From contig NC_045696.1 in assembly GCF_009834535.1 (NCBI RefSeq), positions 24,368,001 to 24,432,000 of the forward strand: 64,000 bases of DNA. The letters run 5' to 3'. Origin of the DNA: Camelus ferus. Lineage: Eukaryota. The number at the start of each line of letters is the position of its first letter. Positions within the stretch are counted from its first letter, which is position 1. The notes under the pieces were generated by a model, which was given only the letters and a program-made list of their open reading frames with translations, was not told the origin of the DNA and made no database searches. This document shows positions 26,001-40,299 of this stretch, piece after piece. The position numbers and the translations under genes are program-made.

Positions 26001-27710
26001 CACCAGGTAGCACTGAAAGGTAAGCAAATATAAACTGCAACATCAAATATTATCTTTTGCTTATTGCATATTACACACCTTTCCATAATTTGCATAGCTT
26101 CATAATGTCACATAGTGAATACAGAATGCAAATCAGTTTCTTTCAGCAAACAGGGAGAAGTATTTTCCCCCTAAAATAGCAGTGCATTGAGCATGTTTGT
26201 GCACATGCTTATTTCACTTTTAATGTTATTTCCATGGGATAAATTCTCAGGAATTGGATCATTGGTTTGAAGAATATGAGTGGTTTTGGCTTTTTGTTTT
26301 TTTCCAAGCCACTGATCATCATTTATATATATGATATAAGTAAATGGATTTAGTCTTTGGTGAGTAAAATAAAATGAAAAATTCTGAACTGAAATTCATA
26401 GCTCTGGTGAATATGCCTGGATATACCAGTCATTTGGGTTGAGGCTAATCATTTTTTTTCTCAAATATTGTCCGTTTGAAATAAAGGTGGATCTAGAATT
26501 AGTGAGAATTCCAACAAAAGCCACTTCTTGACTTCATAATACTCTTATATGGGTGATACACTTGTTTATCTTGTTATTTAAAATTCTAAAAGGAGGAGCA
26601 AAATGCTTGTTTTATCAAACACTGGAAAAACTAAATTTTATTCTTAATTTTGTAGGGTGAGAGTAAAAATGGCTGTATTACTTGAAACAATTTCATCTAT
26701 GGCGTCCTTGGCGGCTGCCTAGATCCTGTCACAGCAGAGCTGCCTCTGATTAGAAAGGCAAGCAGGTTATATATCGGATGCTTTGCATTTACTTGGAGGA
26801 GTCCATTTGTTGTTTAACATGTGTGACATTGTATACCTGTAGATTCTAAATCGAAGAGAAGCCATAAGTGAAATAACAATATCTGTTGTCAAAGGTGATT
26901 GCTTTATAGGAGTTCATAGTTTGGGGTGAATCCAGTATATAGAATTTAATAATTTGTGCTGAAATAATTCAGTTGCCTTGACAGACCTAATGTTGATTTT
27001 ACTGGTTTTTGTTTTGTTTTGTTTTGTTTTTCTCCCGCCAGTGTTTTGCTTTTCTTTTGGACAAGAGGAAGAAGACACGATACGAGTTCGGCTCATGTGT
27101 CGTGAGTATCGCCCCGCAGGGAAGACCTGGTACAGCTGAAGCTATTGCTTCTTAGAGACCTTTTATCTTGAGCAGCTGCCCTAACAGCCCTCATCCTGTG
27201 ACATCACATGAGATATATCTCTGCGATAGGAAGAGAGAAAGTGATGACTGAGTGATCGTTTTTGACTGAAATGTAAAACTGCAGAAATGGATGGTCCTGA
27301 AGTTATATCTTTGTAATATGTGACACATACACAGTTTTCTTATTCTAGTTGTAAAGCATTCCTTTAACCCCCAGGGCTTTGCGTTTTGTCTTATTCACAG
27401 AGTCAAACTCGTTCTTTGCTATAGATGATTGCATTTTGGTTTAATAATCTGAGCCCTTATCCAGAAGCCATCTCAAAGGGCTCATCTACAGAAATAGATT
27501 TCAGGGCCACACATTCTGAAGGACAATTCAGTGCCTCCTTTCCTCTTGTGCCCAGATATGTAAATGAAGAACCTCAATTCCTCAGCTGTTAATGTAATAT
27601 AAGGCATAAAGATTCATCTACTTCATCTGATTGTGCTAAACCAGACGGCTGGGACAGAGTTACCCACAGCTTTGTTTGTGAGATGCAGCAAGAGTAGCTT
27701 TTAGCCTGTT

Positions 27711-28212
27711 CAGATGGTCTCCAACCTATGATGGTTCAGCTTACAATTCTCGACTTCATAATAACATGAAAATGATATGCATTCAGTAGAAACTGTGCTT
27801 TGAATCTTGAATTTTGATCTTTGCCCAGGCTACAGTATACAGTATGGTTCCCTCTCATGATGCTGGGCAGTGGTGGCGAGCTGCAGCTCCCAGTCAGCCA
27901 TGCGATGAGGGGGTGAGCAATCAGTACACCTACAGCCATTCTGTACCCATACCACCATTTTTTATTTAACTCTCAGTACAGTAGTCAATATGTTACGTGA
28001 GCTATTCAACACTTTATTACAAAATAGGCTTTCTGTTAGATGATTTTGCCCAACTATAGGCTAATGTATGTGTTTTGAGCACATTGAAGGTAGGCTAGGC
28101 TAAGCTATGTTGTTTGGTAGGTTAAATGTATTAGATGCATTTTCAGTTTAGGATATTTCCAATTTACCATGGGTTTATCAGGATGTAACCCATCTTAAGT
28201 TGAGAAGATTTG
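27711..28212 (-). mobile_element. MER47/Tigger5-family DNA transposon
   Basis: cagatggtctccaacctatgatggtt start; gcagctcccagtcagcca; aaggtaggctaggctaagctatg; gggtttatcaggatgtaacccatcttaagttgag end. Confidence 0.8.
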
Positions 28213-29271
28213 CAATACCTAATTCAGCTGGAACATTGCTAATGGCAATGTCAACAATTTTCAGGCATTCTTAGTGCCTTTGAGTTTAGAAATTCATAGC
28301 TTTTCTAAAAGCACATTAGCATACTAAAATGACACATAGCATTCCAAGCTACATTTATATAATTGCAGTGGATATGATTAATATCAATTACATTAATACT
28401 TGTTTTACCACTTATGCTGGATTGACTTAATTTACTAGTAGCTTAGATTTGTTCAAGAAATGACACAGATTATCTTTTAATTTCAGTTAAGGAACTAGTC
28501 AGAGAAAATAAACTTTGACTTGTTGAGAGGCCAAAGTTCTCTCTTAAGTGACAGTCTCCTTGGCCTTCTAGACAAAAGTCTAAATTGAGTTGTAATATAC
28601 TTTTTGATGCTTTGCCTCATTTGGTTCTTCTACTTTTTAATTGAAGGTCAGTCTTTGACCGTAAATACGTGGATGATAAAAACATATTGAGCTTAGGAGT
28701 TTGGTTTGCTCAGTGGCTGAGGACTTCAGATTTTCTCCTATAAACATAAGCTTGAAAAGAATAGCATACAATAGATGTAATAATGGAAGCCAATGCAGGG
28801 GAGACCTGGCTGCAGCTGTGAGTGGACAGAATACCCTCTAGTCCAACACGGAGGCGAAGCACTAGTGTAGGGACGTGGCCTCTCTTTGGTGGCTTGTTTA
28901 CTCCAGTGAGATAGTTTTAGAAGAAGGTCGGCCTGGAGAACTTTCTCTGACAGGGCTTGTCTTAGGGGCCTGCTTGAAGCCAGGTTTTCTAGTAGGAAAA
29001 TCTTAGGTAACAGGGTAAGTTTCACAGCACCATTTCATATTTAAACACTGAAAAGTTTGCTATGTCTACATTAGCCTGAATAAAGATTGGACTTGTATAG
29101 GGAGCTGAGTTGGAGGAACAAGAGCTCAGAGTAAAAATAGATTTAGACAAGGTATTTTTTATATTTTAAGAAGCTGCTTCTCAGGATTAGTATTATGTAT
29201 CATTTGATTTAATATGTAATAAATAATATTAAGAATAGAGGTACTATACTTTTAAACTCCTTAACTGAAAG

Positions 29272-29445
29272 CAGTTGATCCTTGAACAATGTGAGGGCTA
29301 GGAGCACTGACCTCCGTACCTGTTGTTCTGCATCTGTGGATTCATCTAACCTTGGATTATATAATACTGTAGTATGTATTGGGAAAAAAATCCACATATA
29401 AGTGGATCTATGCAGTTCAAGCCCATGTTGTTCAAGGGTCAACTG
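29272..29445. mobile_element. Tigger2-derived MITE
   Basis: Terminal inverted repeats cagttgatccttgaacaa ... ttgttcaagggtcaactg followed by TA. Confidence 0.8.
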
Positions 29446-29510
29446 TATTTTTGTATGAAGGGGCATCATTTTTGTCCTTATCAATTTTAGTAAGTAATGG
29501 TTAGCAGACA

Positions 29511-29840
29511 TTTTTAAATTGAAGTATAGTTGATTTACAATGTTGTGTTAGTTTCTGGTGTACAGCATAGTGATTCAGTTATTTATATATATATATATAT
29601 AGTTAATATATATATATATAAATTAGTTGATATATATATAACGTGTATATATATTAGTTGATATATATATAATGTATATTCTGTTTTACATTCTTTTCCA
29701 TTATAGGTTATTATAAGCTATTGGATCTAATTCTCTGTGCCATTTAGTTGGACCTTGTTGCTTATCTATTTGTATATAGTGATTTGTATCTGCTAATCCC
29801 AAGCTCCTAATTTGTTCCTGCCCTCCACTTTCCCCTTGGA
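29511..29840 (-). mobile_element. Cetartiodactyl-type L1 3' end with internal (TA)n expansion
   Basis: ttttaaattgaagtatagttgatttacaatgttgtgttagtttctggtgtacagcatagtgattcag...tgtatctgctaatcccaagctcctaattt. Confidence 0.85.
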
Positions 29841-29946
29841 CAATTGCATTTTCTATTTTTGCTTTATTTCCACAATATTTTTGAGACATTTCTGGCATGT
29901 TACATCAGCTTCTTGTTGGGTTTCTGTCAAGTAGGATTTTTTAGTA

Positions 29947-32329
29947 CAGATCTGCATTTTTGTGCTTCACTTTATTGCACATCACAAATAATTGTATTTT
30001 TTTTTAACTGATTGAAAGTTTATGGCAACTCTTGTGTCAAGAAAGTCTATGAGCACCATTTTTGCAACAGCATTTGCTCACTTCTGTCTCTGTGTCACAT
30101 TTTGGTTATTCTCACAATATTTCAAACTTTTTCATTGTTATTGTATGTATGATGGTGATCTATTTTCAGTGATTCTCAATGTTATTATTATAATTGTTTA
30201 GGGAAGCCACCAATCACTCCTATTTTTGATGATGAACTTAATCGATAACTGTTACGTGTGTTCTGACTGCTTTACTGGTCGGCTGTTCCCTGTCTTTCTC
30301 CTCCTCTGGCTTCTCTATTCCCTGAGACACAACAACATTGAAATTAGGCCAGTTAATAACCCTATCATGGCCTCTAAGTGTTCAAGTGAAAGGAAACTTT
30401 GCAATCTCTCACTCTAGCTTCAAATCCAAAACTAGAAATGATTAAGCTTAGCGAGGAAGGCATGTTGAAAGCTGAGATATGCTGAAAGCTAGGCCTCTTG
30501 TGCCAAACAGTTAGCCCAGTGTGAGTTCAAAGAAAAAGTTCTTGAAATTAAAATGCTACTCAAGTGAACACACAAATGATAAGAAAGCAAAACAGCCTTA
30601 TTGCTGATAAAGAGAAAGTTTTAGTGGTCTTGACAGAAGACTGAGCCAGCCATAATATTCCCTTAAGCTAAAGCATAATCCAGAGCAAAGTCCTAACTCT
30701 CTTCAATTTTATGAAGGCTGAGAGACATGAGGATACTGCAGAAGAAATTCTGAGGCTAGCAGAAGCTGGTTCATGAGTTTAAGGAAAGAAGCCATATGCT
30801 TAACATAAAAGTGCAAAGTGAAGCAGCAAATGCTGATGTAGAAACTGCAACAGGTTATCCAGAAGATCTAGCTAAGATATGAATAAAGGTGGTTACACTA
30901 AACAAGACTTTCAATGTAGACGAAACAGCTTTCTGTTGGAAGGTGATGCCATCTAGGACTTTCATAGCTAGAGAGAAGTCAATGCTTGGCTTTCAAGTTT
31001 CAAGACAGGATAATTCTCTTGTTAGGGGCTAAAGCAGCTGGTGACTTTAAATTGAAGCCAATGTTCATTTATTACTCTGAAAGTTTGAGGGCCCTTAGGA
31101 ATTATGCTAAATCTACTCTGCCTTGCTCTGTTAATGAAATAACAGAGCCTAAGATGACAACACACTTGTTTACAACATGGTTTACTGAATATTTTCAGCC
31201 CACTGTTGAAACCTACTGCTCAAAATGAAAGATTCCCTTCAAAATATGACTTCTCATTGACAATGCACTTGATCACCTGAGGGCTCTGATGGAAATGTAC
31301 AACAAGATTAATCTTGTTTTCATGCCTATTAATATAATCTCCATTCTGAAACCACGGATCAAGGAACAATTTTGACTTTCAAGTCTTATTTTTCAAGAAA
31401 CACATTTCATAAGGTTATAATTGCCCTAGATAGTGATTCTTCTGAGAATCTTGCAAAGTAAATTGAAAACCTTCTGAAAAGAATTTACCATTCTAGATGC
31501 CACTAAGTACATTTGTGATTCATGGGAAGAGGTCAAAATATCAACATTAACAGGGGTTTGGAAGAAGCTGATTCCAATTCCCATCGGTGACTTTGAGGAG
31601 TTCAAGACTTCAGTGGAGGAAGCAACTGCAGATGTGGTCGAAATAGAACTGGAATTAGAAATGGTACCTGAAGATGTGACTGAATTGCTGCCATCTCATG
31701 CTGAAACTTTAACAGATGGGAGTTCCTTCTTATGCATGAGCAAAAAAAAAGGTGGCTTCTTGAGATGGAGTCTACTGCTAGTGAAGAGGCTGTGAAGACT
31801 GTTGAAATTACAATGGATTTAGAACATTACATGAACTTAGTTGATAAAGCAGTTTCAGAGTTTGGGAGGATTGACTCCAATTTTGAAAGAAGTTCTACTG
31901 TGGGTAAAATGCTATCAAATGGCATTACATGCTACAGAGAAATCATTTGTGAATCAATGTGGCAAACTTTACTCTTATCCTATTTTAAAAAATTGCCACA
32001 GCACCCCAACCTTCAGCAACCATCACCCTTGTCAGTCAGCAGCCATCAGCACCAAGGTAAGACCCTCCACCAGCAAAAAGATTAAGATTCTGTACAGACT
32101 CAAATGATGGCTAGCATTTTTTAATCAATTAAGTGTTTTTTAATTAAGTATGCACTTTTTAAAGATATAAAATGCTATTGCACACTTAATAGGCTACAGT
32201 ATAGTGTAAACGTGACTTATTTTATATGCATTAGGAAACCACAAAATTTGTGTGACTCAACTTTATTGCAGTATTCACTTTATTGCAGTGGGCTGGACCC
32301 AAACCCACAATAGCTCTGAAATATGCCTG
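29947..32329 (+). mobile_element. Near full-length Tigger1 (pogo-like) DNA transposon; transposase disrupted
   Basis: TA|CAG start and ...atatgcctg end; transposase relic from ATG 30367 ([66 protein letters not shown]) with stops and frameshifts. Confidence 0.93.
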
Positions 32330-34944
32330 TGTATTTGTTATCACTGACATAGAAAAAGCAGATCATTTTTAGCATTAAAATGTTGTAAGATTTCAAAGGT
32401 GGAGGACATTATCTTTTCCTTTTTTTCTATATACATTTTTTTTAGTGTTCCCAGAATAATAATTATTCTTTTGATAAATAAGTTTAGTAAATAGCCAAGT
32501 AATTTCTCACATAAAACAAAGAAAGGTAGTGCCACCTGGGTTAAGCTATTTAAAATATCAGTATAACAATAACTACCCATTATCTTGACCAACCAGAACT
32601 TACTCATTTTTATTCATACTGATCTAGCTATACACTTTCAGTATAAAGAGGGTTTTTTTTCCTTTTTCTATTGGTTATGAATGTAAGTCATCATTTTTTT
32701 CTGACTTTCATCTTAATGGTTTGAAATAAAGAGTCAGATGCATGGCTTTTCAATTTCTTTTACTACTTTATTTTATTACATGGTTATTTAAGGTCAAAAG
32801 ATTTCCATTTCCAAAATACATAATAGAAATAATAAAGCAATAAAATTTGGACTTAGATAATATGGACATTTTTCTTAAAAGTGTCAACATGATTTACAAA
32901 TTATTAAAAAGGCAGTAAAATTTGAACTTACATAGCATAAACTTTACTTTAAACTGTCAGATACATGATTTTAAAGGTATTTTATTAATATGTCACTAAT
33001 AATTATTTTTCTTATCAACAGTGAAGTAACATGAAGTAAAATCTAGTTGCCCAAGAAATCATTAGAATTGGAAACATTAGATGGTCATGTGTTAATTCAG
33101 TTTCATTTACCTAAGGTCTGTATTTCTTCTGTGATATCTAAGGTCAAGTATATATAATCAAATAGCTGAAGGAAAGGTGAAGGTTTTCTAGTTGAATCAA
33201 ACCCCAAATATCATTTTTACATAAGTTATCTGGAGAACTGAGTGAAGGTGATTTCTTTTTGAGGCTGTCTGTAGGAGATAATTGCTTCAGTTTCCATTTT
33301 TCTAGAGTATTCCTGGCCATAATGTTCTCTTCTTTTGAATTTCTCTTCAAAGTAGGATTCCAAAATACCTGCAAAATCTGAAATAGTGGTCATCATATAG
33401 ATAACTTAACAGATAATCTTCACAGAAATCCCATTATTTGTGAAACAATGTCTCTACATATCTAAAATAATTTTTCATAAGAAAAATATTCCAGAAGGAA
33501 AAATAATTGGCCTGTCCCTTGGGGAAAAAAATGCTATTAAATAATGTGTTATGGGAGCAGATAACATTTTCCTTGTCTTTGTGATTTTTTTCAACATTAA
33601 TTTTGGTCAGAGAAACCATGTCAAAATAGAATAGCATCAGAAATAATCAGTGCAGAAGTGGTTCTGTTGAGGACTGTTGAGTGAAAAGGCACAAAATAAA
33701 ACACTCATCCATGTTTGCAAAACTGTTCTCATCCCCAGGAGGCTTGTAGCATTTGGTATTTCTAGAAAGCTACAGCACACGTGGTGCTAGAGAGTAGTGT
33801 GATTTTTGCAACTAATATTTCCTAATGGTAATAGACCCTCCAGAAAAGAATGGAAAATTAATAATGATGACAGTACATTCTATATCTCATCACTATGTTC
33901 TCTAATACTTAGTGTTAAATATACATAAATGGTAGCCAGTTGTAATAATAACTACTTTATTAGCACCTGTTGTCAAAGATCTTGGAAAGCAAAGCTTGTA
34001 ATATTAGGGAAAAACAGAAATGTGTTTCTCAAAATGATATTTTGAAATATCCTTGAACAGTCCATCCCAGAGGGGGAGTATTTACATGGTAGGAGTATTT
34101 GGGCAAAGTGCTTGAAACATTAGGACACAGTAAAAATGATTTTGAAATGTTTTCTTGTTCAAAACACATTTGTTTCCAGGACACTGCTAATTGACCATTT
34201 TATATCTCATGCCTAGAGTGTTTAAAACTATCTAATACCAACTTCTGATTTCATGTTGGGTAATTTTTTAATCCACGTGCCAGTGGTAAATGAGCTGACT
34301 AGTAGGGTGGATAACTTCTGAGAGCTCCCCTTTCCTGTATTGACAATTCCTTTGTAAAGCAAATGCCAGTCCTGCAGGCTAGTAATAGAGTGGAACTCCC
34401 TTGTTCATCAGACATGCAACAGTAAAATGGGTAATATAGATATGGAAATATATTTACAATCTATTCTCTTTGTACAGTATGCATACAAATACTGCCATCC
34501 CTATTTAACCAAATTAGTAATATATAATCGAATACTCATAGTCTTTTGTAGGTTCCTGTGATCTTTAATTGGCACTCATTTCAGACAATAATTACTACAT
34601 TAAAAGTAGTTTTTATCTTTTGCAACTTTTTCCAGACTTATCTTCATAGCACTTTTAATATTTTGAATTTCTTTTTTTTTTCTCCAATTTTAGGTCAAAG
34701 ACCATTATTTTCCCTGGAGGACTCCCATGTTGAGGAATGTCAACTGGTCTTCTAAAAAGAATGCTTTATTGGAATAGGTCTCACCTTATAAGGAATATCA
34801 GAAAACAAGCAGCTACCTATCTCTTTTGGCATAAGCACAAAGAATCTCTACGAAAGAAACACTCACGAACGAATCTGGTGATGAATTTTAGAAAATGCAC
34901 TATGACATGAAAGCTTATAGGTTGCCGTTGGCATCATCATTATC

Positions 34945-35150
34945 ATCATCATCATCATCACATATAGTATTTCCTATGTGCCCAGCACTGTTTTAAGTGC
35001 TGTACCTATATTAACACAGAAGCCTTTGAGGTAGGTACCCTGTTTGTCTCTTGAGAGAAAGGAGGCAAGTCAGGTTAAGAAACTCTTCCTAATTACTCAG
35101 CTAGGGCTTTGACCCCAGGCAGTCTGGCTTCAGAATCAACCCTTAGTCAT
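34945..35150 (-). mobile_element. MIR SINE preceded by (ATC)n
   Basis: ttcctatgtgcccagcactgttttaagtgc...gaggtaggtac...tttgaccccaggcagtctggcttcaga. Confidence 0.7.
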
Positions 35151-36641
35151 CATGTTTTAGTTTTGTGCTATAGTGTCTTTTCGCCAGGTTTTTATTTGAT
35201 TGTTTTGTCTAATTTTTGATTTTTGAAGGGCAAACATTCATCTGAGGTTTCATACTTTTTCCAACCTTCTTTATGAGGGCTTTGAAAACATTTTTTAAAT
35301 AATAAAAAGTTACAATTGCTACAAAATTCTCAGAGCACCTAACTTTTGAGAAGTTGTTCCAAGCCTACATTTGTTTCTGGCCTGACTTTTTCTGAATCAT
35401 CAGTCACAAAATCTGAATAAGACTGACCTTATAATATTGCCATGTTCAGCTCTCCAAAAATAACCATTGTAGTGAATGACCTATCATTCTGATGGACTCA
35501 GTTGCTTGTACAAATCATTTTATTTGCCTTCTCTTTTAATATTGTCTATCAGCAAATAAGGAGGCATTATTTTCTTTTGTGGTGTTGCTGAAAATATGAG
35601 GACTTTACACTTGTAAAATATGCTTTTATGTCTTAGACCACTATCAAAAACAAAGCCAATGCAAAAGTGTTTGTGTTATAGCTACTTTCTAAATTGGACT
35701 TATTTTCCAAATCAGTAGATGCTATATTATCATTGTCATTGCCTTAAAATATTTTTAAAAATTGAGTTGCTGAATGAATAGAATTTAGCAATTGGTAAGA
35801 GGAAAAAGTGGCCTCTTGATCATTAGATCAAATGCAGTTGAATTTTTGACCTGGCTGTGATGGCCTTGTCCACCATTAATGACTAAACTGATCTATTTTT
35901 TGTTGATTTGGGGGTTTGGGGCCAGCTTTAAAGATCAATTTTTGCCTTGTTGTTCAGGTTATCATGTAGTTTATTTGACTGTGTCATTGAAAGATAAAGG
36001 ATTGCTCACTTATCAATCAGGGATGTGTCTCAGGTAAAGATAGACAATAAGGAGGTTAGAATATTAAGTTAAGGAAATTACTTATGTTGTGGAAATTAAT
36101 TCTTTAGTATTTCATTTAACCAGGTTGGCTATTATGTTTATTAAATTTTGTAGATAATGAATGATTTGCACATTGCTTGTTAAATGCCTCTTGCTATATG
36201 GTGATTATTTAGATTCTGTGCCAAGTCAGACAAAGAACCTGATAGCTTTAGGCTTATAATCTAAGAAAAAAAAGCAGTAAGCATGATTTTACACTGTTAA
36301 GTTTAAATAATGAATATATTTACATGTGGAACAGGAAAGTGATAACTGTATTTTGTGGTATCAAGTATTAACTGAGAATGTTTAACAAAGGGGGGTTACA
36401 GGAGGTTAAAGGCGGGGTTAGAGTTCACTTTGCTTTCTTGCTAGTCAGAGATAATTCATTGATAGGGTGCATTTTCAAGAGAAGTTGGAAAGAGATGGAA
36501 ATAACTGATAGTAGGCTTTTTGAGATAATAAAGACATTCTAGGAGTAGACTTTAACATGGAAAGATACATGTGAAATGATAGCACAAGAAGCAAAGTGAA
36601 ATGTGGACCTGGCAACAGACATAAATTAATAGAAGGTAGAA

Positions 36642-38063
36642 CTCTATTACATTTACTTACAATCTGACATTATTTCCTTTCTTCTACTAACTTTGGGTTT
36701 GCTTGTTCTTCTTTTTCTAGTTCCTTTAAGTGTAAAATATTGTTTATTTGAGATTTTTCTTATTTCTTGAGGTAAGCCTGTATCACTATGAACTTCCCTC
36801 TTGGAACATTTTTGCTGCATCCTATGGATTTTGGAAAGTTTTGTTTCCATTTTCACTCATCTCAAGGTATTTTTGACTTTCTCTTTGTTTTCTTCAGTGA
36901 CTCATTAGTTGTTTAGTAGCATGTTATTTTGCCTCCACATGTTTGTGTTTTTTCCATTTTTCTTCTTGTATTTGATTTCTAATTTCATACTGTTGTGTTT
37001 GGAAAAGATCCTTGGTATGTCAATCTTCTTAAATTTATTGATTCTTGTTTTGGGGCCTAATGTAATCTGTTCTAGAGAATGTTTCATGTGCACTTGAAAA
37101 AAAAATGGGTTCTGCAGTTTTTGGATTGAATGTTCCTTCTCTATGTATAGAGATAACTATCTATCTATCTATCTATCTATCTAACTATCTGTATTAGGTT
37201 ATTCTGATACAATGAGTTATTTAAGACCAGTGTTTCCTTATTAATTTTCTGTCTGGGTGATCTATTGATATAAGCGGGGTATTAAAGTCCTCTACTATTA
37301 TTGTATTATTATCCATTTCTCCCTTTATGTCTGATAATATTTGCTTTATGTATTTAGGTACTCCTAAATTGGGTGCATAAATATTTATGAATATTTATGA
37401 ATATTATATTTTCCTCTTAGATTGACTCCTTTAAAATTATGTAATGATCTTCTTTTTTTTTTTCTTTTTAAAGGCTTTGTTTTAAAGTATATTTTGTCTG
37501 ATACGAGTAATGCTACCCCAGCTTTCTTTTCATGTCCATTTGCATGGAACATTTTTTTCTATTCTTCACTTTCAATCTGTGTGTGTCTTTAGATCTGAAG
37601 TGACTTTCTTATAGGAAGCACATATATGGGTCTTGTTTTTTCATCCATTCAGCCACCCTATGTCTTTTGTTTGGAGCATTTCATCCATTTACATTTTAAG
37701 TGATTATTGATAGGTATGTACTTATTGCCTTTTGTTAATTGTTTTCTGATTGTTTTTGTGGTTATTCTGAGTTCCTATCTCTTCTCTTGGTCTCTTCCCC
37801 TGTGGGTTGATGATTTTTAGTGTTATGTTTGGGTTCCTTTTCCTTTATTTTTTTGAGCATCTATTGCATTATGTTCTCCTATATAGAGAGCAGTTTATTT
37901 TAAACCAATAGTTGCTTAAGTTTGTATGCATCCTAACAAACTACATTCTTACTCTTACTCCCCTACTATATTTTATGTTTTGATGTCATGTTTTACATCT
38001 TTTCATTTTTTGCATTTCTTAACTACTTATTGTAGTTGTAGTTGATTCACTACTTTTGTCTTT
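36642..38063 (-). mobile_element. Inverted 5' segment of an L1 (inter-ORF region and ORF2 endonuclease)
   Basis: Minus strand carries the ORF2 N-terminus through ...KPKVSRRKEI; includes (CTAT)n at ~37157-37190. Confidence 0.88.
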
Positions 38064-40299
38064 TAAACTTTTAACATCATACTCAATGGTAAAAAGCTAA
38101 AAGCTTTCCCCCTAAGATCAGGAGCAAGACAAGGATGCCCACTCTTGCTACTCTTATTCAACATACTTTTGGAAGTCCTAGCCATGGCAATAAAACAAGA
38201 AAAAGGGGGAGGGGGAAGCACCCAAACTTGAAAGGAAGATGTAAAACTGTCACTGTTTACAGATGACATGATACTATATATAGAAAACCCTAAAGAGTCC
38301 ACCAAAAAAACTATTAGAACTAATAAATAAATTCAGTAAAGTTGAAGGATATGAAATTCATATACAGAAATCTGTTATGTTTCTATACACTAATAACAAA
38401 CTATAAAAAAAAAGAAATGAGGGGAATATCATTTATAATTGAATCAAAAGAATAAAATACCTAGGAATAAATTTAACTAAGGAGGTTAAAGACTTATATT
38501 CTGAAAACTATTACATATTGATGAAAGAAACTGAAGATGGCACAAATAAATGGAGATATACTATACTCATGGATTGGAAGAATTAATATTGTTAAAGTGT
38601 CCATACTCGCAAAAGCAATATACAGATTCAGTGCAATCTCTATCAAAACACCCATGACATTCTCTACAGAACTAGAATAATCCTAAAATTTGAATGAAAC
38701 CACAAAAGAACCCAAACATTCCAAATGATTTTCAGAAAGAAGGACAAAACTGGAGGTTTCACACTCCCTGGTTTCAAACCACACTACAAAGTTATAGTAA
38801 TCAAAACAGCATGCTACTTGCACAAAAACAGACAACAGGGAGCCCAGAAATAAAGCCACACACATGTGGTCTATTGATCTATGACAAAAAAGGCAAGGAG
38901 AGTCAATGGAAAAAAGACAGTCTTTTCAGTAAATGGTGTTGGGAAAACTGGACAGCTAGGTGCAAAATAATAAAACTGGACTACTTTCTCATACCGTGTA
39001 CAAAGATAAACTCAAAATAGATTAAATACTTAAATGTAAGGTCTGAAACCATAAAATTCCCAGGAAAAACATAGGCAGTCCACTCTTTGACATTGGTCTT
39101 AGCAAAACATATATATTTTTTGGATCTGTCTTCTCAGGCAAAGGCAACAACACCAATACTAAACAATTGAGACTACATTAAACTAAAGGGCTCTCACACA
39201 GTGAAGGAAACTATCAAGAGATCAACAAAAAGGCAACCTACTAAACGGGAGAAGATGTTTGCAAATGATATGTTTCATAAGGAATTAATATCAAAAATCT
39301 ATTAAGAACTCATACAACTCAATATCAAAGAACAATCTGATTAAAAAATGGGCAGAGGACATGAGTAGACATTTTGTCTAAGGAAGACATACAGATGGCC
39401 AAGAGGCACATGAAAAAATGCTCAGTATCACTAATCATCATGGAAATGCAAATCAAAACCACAGTGAGATATTACATCATATCTTTCAGAATGGCTACTA
39501 TCAAAAAGATAATAATGTGTTGATGAGGATGTGGAGAAAAAAGAACCCTCATGTACTGTTGGTGGAATGTAAATTTTGCAGCTACTATGGAAAAAATGTG
39601 AACGTTCCTCAAAAACATCACAAATAGAACTACCATACAATCTGATTCAGCAATTCCACTTTTGGGTATTTATCCAAAGAAAATGAAAACACTAATTTGA
39701 AAAGATATGCACACCTCTGTTCATTGCAGCATTATTTATATTAGCTAATATGGACACTGAAGTGTCCATCAATAGATGAATGAAGGAGATGTGGTGTGTA
39801 TATACATATATATGTATGTATACACATGCACAATGGAATGCTATTCAGCTGTAATTAAGATTGAATTTTGCCATTTGTCACAAACATGGATGGACCCAGA
39901 GGGTATTAGGCTAAGTGAAATAAGTCAGATGTCAGACAGGGAAAGGCAGATCACTGTATGATTTCACTTATATTTGGATTCTAAAAAAACAAAACAAATG
40001 AACAAACATAATAAAGCAGAAACAGACTCCTAGATACAGAGAACATACTGGTGGTTGCCAGAGGGGTGGGTGAAATAGGGGAAGGGGATTAGGAAGTAAA
40101 AACTTCAAGTTATAAAATAAGTCTTGGGGATGTAGAGGGAATATAGACAATAACATGATAGTAACTTTGTATAATGACAGATTGTAACTAGTCGTATGGT
40201 GGTGATCATTTCATAATGTATAAAAATACCAATACACTATGTTGTACACCTGAAACTAATGTAATACTGTAACTCAATTATACTTCAATTAAAAAAAAA
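38064..40299 (+). mobile_element. L1 3' segment (ORF2 RT and C-terminus, 3' UTR, poly-A)
   Basis: [46 protein letters not shown]; 3' end ttgtacacctgaaactaatgtaatactgt...aattatacttcaattaaaaaaaa. Confidence 0.92.

Noticed and set aside
26670..26723. MAVLLET... resembling the PPIL4 N-terminus
   Set aside because: Similarity ends after 7 residues and a stop follows; coincidental.
29580..29675. Spaced repeat (tagttgatatatatata) resembling an array
   Set aside because: Microsatellite slippage inside an L1 3' UTR; no unique spacers, not CRISPR-like.
30367..32085. Transposase-like ORFs as a functional TIGD-type gene
   Set aside because: Fragmented by stops and frameshifts inside a Tigger1 fossil.
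33221..33368. Minus-strand exon candidate (ttttgcag|GTATTTTGG...)
   Set aside because: Donor is weak (TAT|gtaaaa) and the peptide is unrecognised.
34694..34880. Plus-strand exon candidate after a pyrimidine tract
   Set aside because: Stops in all frames and no convincing donor.
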